Below are positions 9,001 through 21,000 of a DNA stretch of 53,363 bases, piece by piece. The stretch's first letter is position 1. The number at the start of each line of letters is the position of its first letter. A model generated the notes under the pieces. That model saw nothing but the letters and a program-made list of their open reading frames with translations, made no database searches and was not told where the DNA came from. The stretch spans positions 1-53,363 of the forward strand of contig JAMPAB010000005.1 in NCBI GenBank assembly GCA_023667435.1, given 5' to 3'. A program made the position numbers and the translations under genes. Source of the stretch: Corallococcus sp. (GTDB lineage: Bacteria > Bacillota > Clostridia > Christensenellales > CAG-314).

Positions 9001-12000
9001 CGATATTGTAGTTGTCCGACGTAAGACCTACTACGTTTCCGTCGGAAACTGCCATAGTAAGCGCGTACGTATCTGCGGCAAGGCTGTCTTTATTTGCCGC
9101 GTCCGCAGCGTTTGCAAGCAGGTATTCCACAAGATTGTTGGCGCTTATGCGGACGTTGTCGTCGCCATCATTGCCTTCGTAACCTCTTGTGACAACATAA
9201 TTAAAGCTTCCTTCCGCAAACGACTGCCCGTACGTTAACGTTCCGTTAGGAGCTACGTACAACGTGGCCTTGTCTATTACAAACGGTCGGTACGCAATAG
9301 CGCCGTCGACGCTCGTCCACTTGTAGTTGTCGTAATCCTTCAACGTCAACGCAACGTTGTGAGTAGCGGCGTTTGTAAACGTGTCGCTGCCGACAGTATA
9401 AACGTCCGTGTCGTTAATTTCGGGAGTAAGAGCAATGCCCTGATACGTCTGATTTGCTATTACGATATCGTTTTCGTTTACCGTTTGCTTGCTTACCGCA
9501 AACTGTACGTGAGGTACGCTGTCCAAAACGTAATTGTCGTTTCCGGCGGCGATTACCGTTGCAAGGTAAGAACCTGCGTGAGAAGGAACTCCCGTGTAAG
9601 CAATACCGTCATTAGCGTTGCCGCTGTACGTTACCGTAATTACAAGTCCGTCCACCGTTACCGTTTCGGCGTTGGCGGCGAGCGTTCCGTTGGTCAAATC
9701 CGCCGATGCGCTGTCGAGTACGCTTACAATCGTTACGGGCGTAATTGCCGAACCGAATACGTTGTCGGTAACAGTCGTAAGCGTAACGTATACTTTACGT
9801 TGAGATATCGTGTAAATACCAGATTTAAACGTTACGTTGTAGTTGGAGTTGTTGACCGATCCTGTTATAGGATACGTATCTACAACGCTCGCGTTGGTTG
9901 CCGTCGTGGAAAGCACTACGACAAATTCGCCGTCCGCCTTAGCGTACGTATCGTCTATATCGTAGCTTACTCCCGCAACGGATACTGCGTTTTTGTACTC
10001 CGACGCGGCGTTGCCTATCGTTACGTTGACTTCTCTTGCCGTAATCGTAAGATTGCCTTGTACGGCTTCGATTACGTAGTTGCTGCCCGCGTCGAGGTTG
10101 TTTACTATACCGTCCGTGTTGTCGGCGATGATATAATACGTTCCGCCGACTACCATTTTGTTTCCGCCTGCGGTGTAGTCGCTTACAAGCTTGTATGTTA
10201 CGCCGTTGTTCGTTTCTTTGTCGCTGCCGAGCAGACCCGTAACAATGCACGAAAGCTTGACGTTGTCGCTGCTTCCGTCAAATACGTCGCCGTACGTAAG
10301 CGTTCCGCTTGCCGTAGCGTAAACGCGCAACTTGTTGATTGTAAGCTCAGCGTAAGCAATCTTATCGGTAAAGTTGTTTCCGCCGTCGGATAACGTCGCC
10401 TTAATCCAGTAGTAATCGGCGTTTACGGGTTTGTCCGTACTCCACTCCGCGTTTGCTGCGGGTTTACTTTCGGAAAGTTGACGCGTGGCAAACATTACCG
10501 TTACTACTCCCGTATATCCCGTCTTGATTGTCGGCGCGCCTACCGTGTATTCGCTTCCGAACGTGGAAACTACGTCGCCTACGGTAATATACTTGGTAAC
10601 GTCGTTGTTTTCTTGTTCATCCCTTCCGATGTTCCAGGTAAGCGTTACTGCGCCGTCGGTATCGTTTGCGCCTTCTGCCCATACGTAGTTGGCGGTCTTG
10701 GCAAGGCGGAACGTTACTTCGTAGTTTCCTGCGGCAGTTGCGTAAATCATAATGCCGCTGCTTAAAATACCCGTATGTCCGTCGTAAGAAGCGTTAATCA
10801 AACTGCTGTCGTACTTAATTTCGACAGACTGTTCCTGTCCGTTGAATACGTAGTTTTGAGAAGTTGCGAAAACGGGAACGTCGATTACGCCGGGCGTGAT
10901 TTGGAATACGTTGTAAACAGCCGTTGTGAAAACTGCCTCTACGCCGAAATTGTCGAGATGTACTCCCGTGTATATCGCGCGTACTACATAGTAACCTACG
11001 TCGAATGTAATACTGGATAAGAAGTGCGTCATCTGCCAGTCGGTTTCGTCGAGCGTATCTTTGTCAAAACCTTTTTCTACCGCGTCGGAATTGTCCGCAA
11101 TAAACTGCGCTACGTCGCCGGAGTTTACTCGTGCAAACGTAATCGTTACGCCGTTGGCAGGTTCATTGCCGTTTACCGTTAAAACGGGCGCGTTCGCTTC
11201 TTCGTCGTACTTCCAACCGTCTATCGTCAACGTTATATCGATCTGGATCGAAGTCGCGCTGAACGATGCATAAATGTACGTGTCGTGAGAACTGTCTATT
11301 ACGTAGTTGTCGAGAGCGCTGTCCTTAAGCTTGAACTGAATGGTGTATCTGCCGTTCGTTTCCAACCTTACGCAAAGCAGTCCGTCGTCGTTTACATAGT
11401 AGTACGTTCCGCTATCGCCGTAGTTGCCGGGCAAAATGCTTGTGCTTCCCGCTTCCTGCGAACCGGAAGTATAACTGAATACTATTCCGTCGAATAAGCC
11501 GTCAGCCGCCGTCACCGCCTTGCCGTCGGGGCCGATCAACGTATTGTAATACGGAGGAGCGCCGTCGTCGAAAGATATGAAGATTCTATTCCATTGAAGG
11601 TCGCTCTCTTTGATTACCTTCTTTTCAACGGTAAAGTTCAACGTGTTGACTTTGTTGTTGCCGCTTTCCGCCGCAGCGTAATGGTAATTGCCGTCGGCTT
11701 TAAGCGTCACCGCTACCGAGTAGCTGCCCGCCTTAGTAGGAGCAACGTCTTTGTGCGCCGCGTCGAGGAACGATCCTCCCTGATACTTGTACTCCAACGA
11801 GTATTTGGGTCCATAAAGAACACTGTTAATGTTCTGATTGACAATCTCGGGCGCGGACAGACTGTTGTCTCTAAACGTCAACACCGCGTCGTGTTGTCTG
11901 CCCGATACGCCGTTGTTGTAAATAGCGTTTCCGCTGCCGTCGTTTGCTTCTTCGTAAATCATAGACGAAGGAGTAGTTACGACGATCGGACGGGTCGTTA

Positions 12001-15000
12001 TATTCATCGTTGCCGTAACGTACGTCGAACTTGCAAGATCGTAGTTGGCAAGGACGTCGCCGAAATTCTGCACCGCAACTGTGTAAGTTTCCGTAACGTT
12101 GCTATCCCATGCCGCAAACGCTTTACTTCCGCACATAACGGTAAAGTCTTCGTTCGATATGTTCTTACTGCGCGCGGCGAACAGCAAACCTGCGAAATCC
12201 TCGCCCGCCTGCATACCTGCTACTGCGTAAGCGTAAACGGGAGCGCCGTCGCCGTATACAACCGAGTAGGAATCTACCGCGTTGCCTGTACCGAGCGTAT
12301 TCGCGTAAATCGTAAGCGTAGCTTTATTTACTGCGAACACCGCTTCGTGGTCGGCAAACGTCACGTTGTAGTTTGTGTCGTTTGCAGCCGAAGGAGTCAT
12401 AACGTAACCTTCCGCGTTTGCCAAATACGCCGTAACGGGAAGCGTCAACGCGATGCCCAGAGCCGTTCTGTCGTCGCCCGACTGTCCGAACGTTCCGCCT
12501 TTTTCGCTGTCGCTAAGAGTTACGAACCTGTCGATATTCGCCGCAAACAATTCGTTGAGCTCTGCCTGCGTTGCCGCGTTCGTTCCCTTGTAAGAAGTTT
12601 GAGCAAATTCATTGCCGTCCTTTGCGCCTGCAATCGTTACCGTCACGTTGCGCTTTACTATGTTGAGCTGCGCGCCTTCCACAACTACGTTGACGTTGTC
12701 GTCGCTTGCGCATACGGGCAATATCTTACAGTAAGTAGCTCCTGCGGGAGTGTTGGTTGCGTAGTTGTCCGAAGTGTACGTTACGCCTTTTGCCGCGACG
12801 TAGGCGTTCATAACGGATTGCAATACCGTATTAGAAGAAACGCTGTATGTAAATCCGTCAAATCTGCCGTCCGTCTTAGATTGCTCGTTCAAGGGCGAAC
12901 CGTACTGAATGGTCGTTTCGTTTGCGGTAATCGTTATCGTTGCGCGAATGATGGGGAATACGAACGTGTTCTTACCCGATATATCGTAGTTGTTGGTATT
13001 TAACTTCGCCTCTGCCGTATACGATCCGACGTCTATAACGTTATCGACATCTATCAAATTGCCGCCGTCGGTTCTCTTTTTGTACGAGAATTCAACCGTA
13101 ACGGTGTCATCGCCTATAACTTTAACTTTGTAGTAGTTATTTGCGCCCGTATACATATAATCTTTCGTGCTTGTTTCGACACCGTTAACTTGGTGGAATA
13201 CGCCTAAGTCTTCCAAATCCAACGTAGCCTGTTTGATAGTAAACGTGCCCGCATTGTTTCCGCTGCCTATACCCTTGTCGGAATGAGCGGAGCAGTCGGC
13301 AAATTCGATTTCGTAGTTTCCGTTCCAACTGTTGCCGTCAACGTCGTCAAGATACTGCGCGTAAATGGGATAACCGCCTATTACGCCGTTATTGTATATG
13401 ACGTTATTTGTCAGTATGCTCGTATTGTCGTTATCAAACGCTTTCGTAAACAACGCAATTATCTTTTGATTGCCGTTGTCGTACGTTTCGGGCAATTCCG
13501 CAGTAACGTCGACAAGAATATCCGATTTGAGGAAGTTCAACGAGCCTTCGGCAACTTTAAACGTAAGCGTTTGCGCCGTTTCGCCGCCTTGCAGGTTGTA
13601 GGTATTTTCCTTATCTTCGACAGTAACGGTTACCGTACGTTTGTTAACGGTCAAAAGTTTCGTTTCGTCGAAATCGAGAACGTAGTTGTCAAATTCGGGA
13701 CTGTCGAGACCGTCTGCGACAACGCCGCTTACGTAGCGATAAATTGCGTAGGTACCGACGGAGCCGTTTTCTCTGCCCGTTTGATAAGCGGACGTAAAGT
13801 AGTCGAATTCGTCTACTTTCTTGCCGTTCGCCGTAACGTTCGCCGCCGTTTCAACTCCGCTGCCGTTGTCAACGTAACCCGTTACCGCGTAAGTGTATTC
13901 GGGAACGTCGTCGCCGTAAGTGACGCTCAACGTATCGGCGGTAACCGTGAGAACGTTCTTTTTTACCGTGAAGTAGAATGCTTTCTCCAAATCGCCGTAG
14001 TTGCCCGTGCCTTTCATCGAGACGTTGAGGCAATACGTTCCCGCGTTGAATTTAGCTTCGCTCCACATTTTTTCAAACAGCGAAGTAACGTCGTTGAACG
14101 TTTCGCCTTCGTAAAGTTCGACGGAGCCGAAGTAAAGCTTAATTACAAGCTTGTTTGCATTGTATTCTCCGTCCTTGCGGGTAAACTTAACCGCAGGTTC
14201 GGTGATTGCGTGTTTGCCGCCCTTGTCGTAACCGTTTACGTTATTTGCGGAATACAAACCGTAAGTCCAGCCGTCGGCATCGGCAAATGCGAAATCGGTT
14301 GCAAGAACGTTGTCTACGGTAACAATTTCCACGTGCTCGCCGTCGTATACGGTCTCGTGGTTGTCCGCCGCTATACGGTAGTAAACGTAGCAGTTCGTAA
14401 CGTCGACGTACGAGGGGTTAGCCGTCAAAACGCCGTCGTTATTCCAGTCGAGGTCAACAAGCTGTTCTTCCGTTAACGCGTTTTGCGATACGTAGAACAG
14501 TACCGTCACCGCGCTTCCGTCGGCAGTCGTTGCAAAAACGGTAGTAAGCTCGTTGTCTTTCTTGACAATCAACGCAAAGTGGGCTTTTTCGTCGTAGTCG
14601 CCTACGTAACCCGTTATGTCGGAAACGGTAAGCGAAGCGTTTGTAATAGTATGAACGCCCTTGTCGCCGTCGCTGCCGACGAACGTTGCGACGTAGCTGT
14701 TCTTAAACGCGTCTCTTACTTTACCGTTTATTCTGTACGGAGAAGGAGGATCCGCTACCGCCTTAGTGTTGCCGTTTGCGTAAGCGTCGGTAGAAAGCTC
14801 TATTACGCCGTCCGCCGCGTAGTCGGTTCCCGTCGTGATTTCGTTCCATACGCTTTCCGCAAGGTCGCTTGCGGTAAGTTTACTGTTCGTGTACGTGCCT
14901 TCGGGCAAAGTTACGGTTGTTTCAAACTTTACGTCGGAATACGCAGTACGGTATACCGTCGATACGTCGCTTATTTTAACCTCAAACGGTAATTGCTGCA

Positions 15001-18000
15001 CGTTGAGAGTACCCACCGCGCTTGCGAACACGTAGTTCGTCGCCGTAAGAGAGTCAACGTTGAGATAGATATTGTAGGAGTTGACGGGTTGACCCTGTTC
15101 GTAGTCAGTCGTGTATGTAAACGAACCGCCAAGTCCTATCGTGTCGATCTTGTCGGGATTGACAAAACCCGTTACCGCATATCTTATCTTGACGTCCGTC
15201 GTTCCTTTAAGGTCGTCGAGCGTCGTTCCGTAAACCGTTCCCGCGCCGGCATAGCCTACGGGAGATTTTTCTCCGTAGTAAATTGTAAGAGATGGCGTGA
15301 CTGTAAGCGTTACGGGAGAGATAACGAACGTCAAAGCATCCGACGGGTCGGTCAACTCCAAGTCGTTGTGATTGTCCGCTCTTACCGCAACGTAGAAAGT
15401 GTAGCTGCACACGTCCGTAAGCTTGTGAACGTTTGCGTCGTACTTCGTCCACTCGGGGAAGTACGTACTCGAAGAATCGGCATTCTTAAAGTACAGCTCT
15501 GCGGAATTGAGCTCGGAATTAACCGTTACCGCGCTAAATCCCGTAAACAACGCGTACGAAGCACCCGTATAAAGTCCGCTTACATGGTTAGAACTTACCG
15601 TAACGGTAGACTTGTCTATCGACGCGGGGGTGATTTCGTAAACGCAGGTTCCGCCGTTTGCAAACTTAAACGTTACGCTGTAGTTGTCGTTTATCTTTTT
15701 ACCAGTAACGAGATATTCGCCCACGTTCCACTTGGCAGAATCGCTGGGGAACGCTATTGCCGCGCCGTCTTTTCTTGCAGCGGTAAGAGAGAATACCGTA
15801 CTGTCGGGATCCACCAAAGCGTTTCCGCTGCCGTTGGACGTAGTTGCCTGATACAGTCCGTACAAATTTACGGAATTGCCGTAAACGCCGTTGCCGCCAT
15901 TGAGCGTTACCGTAACGTTACGTTCTACGACCTTAAACGTCGCCGACGTTACTTCGATTTCGTAGTTGGGAGTTACCAACTTGCCGTCTGCGGGATAAAT
16001 GAAGGTGTTACCCTCTTTCCATACGAGAACAAGGTCGTAAGTTCCTACGGGAGTTTTTGCGTTCGTCGTGTATTCTACGCTATCCTTCATAACTTTGAGG
16101 AAAACGTTGTTCTTGTCTGTGCCGTAGAAGTCGCCGAGTCCGTCGGTCTTTTTATAAGCGTCGGATGCCGTCACTTCCGTTATACTCTCGCCGTAGACGT
16201 GTCCCGCCACATTCGTGATTTGAACGGTAAACGGAGCTCTTTCTATCTGGAAGTTCGATTCTTTGTTTGTTCCGCCGTCAAGCGTAAAGTTGCCCGCGCC
16301 TTCGCCCGTAATACCCGTAACTCTTGCTTTGTAGGTATTTACGTTGATTGCGGTAACCTCGTTTTCGCCCGAATACGCTTTAACGGTAAGCTCGGGAGCG
16401 GAAGGATTCTCGTTAGAAGTTTTCTTCGGCATATTGGTAATGGAAGCCTGCAAATACTGCAAGGGCGACTCGCCGTTGTAATATGCTTTGTAAAGCGCCG
16501 CATTCGTAGCGCCTGTATCGCTCGTTAATTTGATAAGATTAGTCGACTTCCAGGAGACCGCGACGGGTCTTTCCTCAACCGTCAGTTCCAAACCGCTGCT
16601 GTGCCAGGTTTGATAGACGTCGTTGCCGCCTTCCTTTAGGAACGTAATCGTAATGCCGACGCTGTACTTGCCCGCGTCCCAAGGAAGCCCGTTTACCAAA
16701 TCCGTATATTCCGCAGTCGAAACGACGTCGCCAACTATCTTGTAAAATTTGATTTCGGTGCCTTCGATGTAACTTTCGGCGACCGTATCTTCGATAGAAC
16801 GCGAGAATACGTTCTCGGGTCTTGCGCTTCCTCTGCTTCCGCTTGAAAGCCATCCGTTTTCGCCGAACGTGTACTTCTCTACCGTATAAAGTATTTCTAC
16901 CTGCGAAGCGGTTACGGCGTAATACAGCTTGACCTGCGCGCCGCCGTTTTTAGTGTAACCCGTTTCGTAAGGAGTGCCGCCTTCCAACGAGCTTGCTCCC
17001 AAAAATTCGCCCGTCGTCGGATTGTCGGGCAGAACCTGCCAAACGAAGTCGTAACCGACGTTGGAAGCAAAATCCAAAGAAATGTAGTATTGTCCGCGTA
17101 TAAGCTTTCCGCTTGCCACGCCGCCTTCTCTGTCAACTTTAAATTCGTCAACGTCGCCGCCCGAACCGTTGCGCTGGTAATATACGGGAGTATAGGCGAT
17201 ACCGTGAATAAGATTCATTCCTTCCGTGAAAATGCTCTTGGCAAAGCTTTCGAAAGAAGTATCGTTCTGTTCGATAGCGCGCAGCGCGCCGAGCGCGGGA
17301 GCGGTAATCGTTTCGCGTTCGATCTTTGCGAAGTAGTAATCCGCTCCGTTATCCTTCCATTCAAATTTGTAAGCTTCGCTTGCGTCGAAGTTGTCTTTTT
17401 CCGACGTTTCGTCCGCCCAGTAGTAATTTTTGTAATCTTCTATCGAAAAGCTTAACGTAAACCAACCTGCGTGAGTGTACGTAAATACGCCTGTCGCCAC
17501 GTCGAATCCGTGTCCCTGAGATATTGCCGCTATGTTAGTTGTCGGCGTTCCGTCGGTATACCACTCGGCAGGAGCAAAACGCGCGAGCGTCGCTTTTACC
17601 GTAGCAGGCAGTTCTTTCCAACCTGCAACGTTAGCGGTTTGTTCGCTTCCGTCGTACCGTCCCGTTATTACCTGAGGAACGGCAGGCTTTGCAATGCCTT
17701 GCTTTACGACTGTGAAGAAATCCTTCGAGGTGTTGTGATTGTAATCGCAAAGACGGAGATTAGTTCCGCCCGTAACCGTGTAGTTGTAGCTGTCTTGTCC
17801 TCTGAGCGCCGTTGCGATGACGTCGTACTTGCCTGCGTTTATGCAGTCTACTCTTTCCGCGCTCGTGTTGCCCTGCGCGCCCTGCGTAAATTCGAAGTCA
17901 ACGAAAATTTCGTCGGTTGCGCGCTGTTTGTTTGCAATAGCGTACGAAGCGTCGTCGATTACCTGTGCTTCTCCCGTATAAACGTACTTGTTTGCGGCAA

Positions 18001-21000
18001 CGTCCGCCATTACGCCCGACCAGTTGATATTGACGGGCAACGGAGTAATAGTTACTTCGCAGGTTACGGCAGGCTGCTCGTCGCCTTCTTCCAATCCGTT
18101 TATGTTCCACTTATAGTTATTGGCAGGTTTAAGAAGGATCGTATAGAAAGTCACATGACCCTCTCCGTCGAGTTTGACGGGAAGCACGCTTCCGTCGTGA
18201 ACTTTGCCGTCGATCGTCATTTCAAGATACTCCGCCATATTTTTATCGGCAAATTCCTCTGTCCCGTAAACGACAACGAATTCCGAAATGAAGTCCGTTA
18301 CGGTGCCGTACTTAGTCGAAAGCGTGTACTTGCCGTACGTTCCGTAACCGTTTGAAATATTTTCGGGATAAACGTGCTTTAAGTCGTTCAATACAAAAGA
18401 CGATTCGTCCAACTCTATCGAGCTTATGGTAAAGGCGTACGTTACGTTATTCAATTCCGCGCCGTCTTCCGTAGGTACGTAGTAGTTGAGATAAGAGATA
18501 ATATCGTCGGTTTTACCCTCTATGCCTACGATTCGGATACTGTAATTGCCCGCGCTCGGGAAAACGATTTTTTCCGCGTCGGTCTCACTGCTTACAACGT
18601 TTCCTTTCGAATCGTAAACGGTTCTGTAAATAATCCAGTCGTCCTGACTGTCGCTTCCGTAAACTGCAAGATAATTTTCGGGCAGGACTATTTCCGTATC
18701 GGACTTGAAGGGTTGGAAATTGCTGACCCAACCGTCCTGTTGTACCTGCAACGCAACGCGGTTGATGACGTAGGTCAGTTCTTTGTCCGCAACCGACGTG
18801 TCGGAACCGTCCAACCACTCGTAGTTGTTTACGTCGTTGATACCTACGGTTATTTTGTAAGTACCCGCGTCTTTGATTTTGATTTTGCCCGAGCTTTGCA
18901 GAATGTACTCGACGTCTTCCGCCGTCTTCGTTCCGAAACGCTCCGCCGCGTACTGCGAACCTATTACCGACTTAATCGTAAGAATATCCTGCGTCCAGTT
19001 TTCCATAGAGTCCAAACCTTCGCGTTTGAAGACTATTTTCGCGCCGTCTTCATTCGCTCCGCGAAGTTGTCCGCTGTACTCTACTCCGCCGTCCTGATAC
19101 ATATCGAACGACAGACCCGACAACTGACGCTTGTCAATCTTGCCGTAGTAAACGAGATCGTCCGTCGTTTCGTCTTCGTTCCAAACGTAGTTTGCAGGAA
19201 GCTTCAACGTTATAACGTAAGTTCCCGCTTGTGTAAGCGTTACGTCGCTGCCGTTTAAAACGGTTGCAAGGTCCAAATTCGCAATAGCTTCGGTATCGTT
19301 GGGAGCAAAACGCTGTCCCTCAACGGTAAGCGTTACCAAATCTTTTACCAAAAGAGCGATATTGCCCGACAAAACGTTTGCGCCCCAGTTGTAAAGCGTG
19401 GCGGTAATTGCAGAGTCGTAAATGCCTATACTGCCGATACTGTCGGGGTCCGTTCCCCAACCGGAATCGGTTACGGTTATTTTGCTGATACGGGCAGGAG
19501 CAACCTCGAGTTCCTTCGTTACGTCCGCGCAGGAAATATCCGTTGCAAGCACGTCGAAATCCTTAAAGTTAACCTTGTCGATTGCAAAGGTTACGGTATA
19601 CGTACCTATCGGCCACGCAGTAGAATTGCTTGCGTAAACCGTATCGCCCGTCGTCTTGTTTTTGTAAACGGGATCGAGCAAGTTGACCCAGTCGGAATGA
19701 TCTACCGTAGCTGTGGGTACGGTTACGCTTTGTCCGAATACGAAACCGTTTTGGTCGTAGTTGATACTAAGCGTTGCCGCGTTTACGACAAACGTCTGCG
19801 ATACGGACGTTTGGTTGCCGCTGAAAATATAGTTGGCGTCTTTAACCGTCAATTTTACCGTGTACGTGTCGGCGTGGAAAATCTTGTCGTTGTTGTTGCC
19901 GCTTGCGCTGGTAAACGTAAGCTCCAACACTTTATCCGCCGTGTCGGTATATGCGAAAACGTTACTCGACGAATTGAAGAAACTGGATACGTCGAACTCC
20001 GTCTTGTTGTAAGTTGCCGACGTAGGCAAAGAGCCTGCGGCAAGTTCGCGTTCGGTAATCGTAAAGGAAATCTTGCTTGTCGCGGTCGTTCCAGCCTGAT
20101 AATACGCCGTTTCGGCGGTTTCCGCGTAAACGGTATAGCTGCCGCGTTCCTTCGGTATGGTATAACCGTTGTAGGAATGACCTGCGAAGTCCGTACCTTC
20201 GAATACAAGCCTAAACTGAGGGTTTTCTTCGGAGTTGTTTTCCTGCGTAAAAGCTCCGTTCATACGCGCGCCGAGTACGTACGACATAACGTCGTTGCCG
20301 ACGACTTTACCCGAAAGATTGGGACTGTCGCCGTTGCCGTACTGAATCGTCTTGTCATACGTAAAGCTGAGACTGATGGGAGCCTTCTTGACGTTGACGG
20401 TGTATCTGACCGTCCACTGACCGTCGTTGGTAACGGTACCCTGCGTAGAGGACAGCATCCAGGCATAGTCGCCATCTGCGCCCCGAGTAAAAGTAACGTC
20501 GATATAGAACGTGCCGCCCTTGTCGAAGCCGATTACGTAGTTGCCGTCGGCGTCGGGAGTGTAAACCGTTTCTCCGACGCTTACTTTAACGGGGTTATTG
20601 ACTGCAAGCTCGCCGAAACCGGATAAGGTTACGCTGTCGTCTTTTTCGAAAGAGGGTTCGAAATTATCCAACGCAGGCAACGAAATAGGCGTTTGCTCTA
20701 CTTGAAGTTGGAATGTCGGATAGTAACACCCTTCCAAATATTGTTCTTTTCCGATAGGAATTTTATAAGAGAATTGCACGTACTTCGAGCTCGTCGTCAG
20801 TACATTCTGTTCGCTGCAAGCGTACTCCGCTTCTTCGTCGGTATAGTACGTAGGAGTTATGTACTCGGCGTAATTCGCTGCGGGTACCTCTCTTAAAATG
20901 CTTTTGAATTGGAACTGAATAGAGAAATTAGTATAATTGAACGCAGTGCGCGCGTACTGTACCGATGCATTAGAACCTTTGTACAAAATGTTTGCAACGC

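Noticed and set aside
7828-9268. Diversity-generating retroelement TR/VR pair
   Set aside because: Both copies are in-frame parts of one ORF, mismatches are not confined to adenines, and there is no reverse transcriptase.
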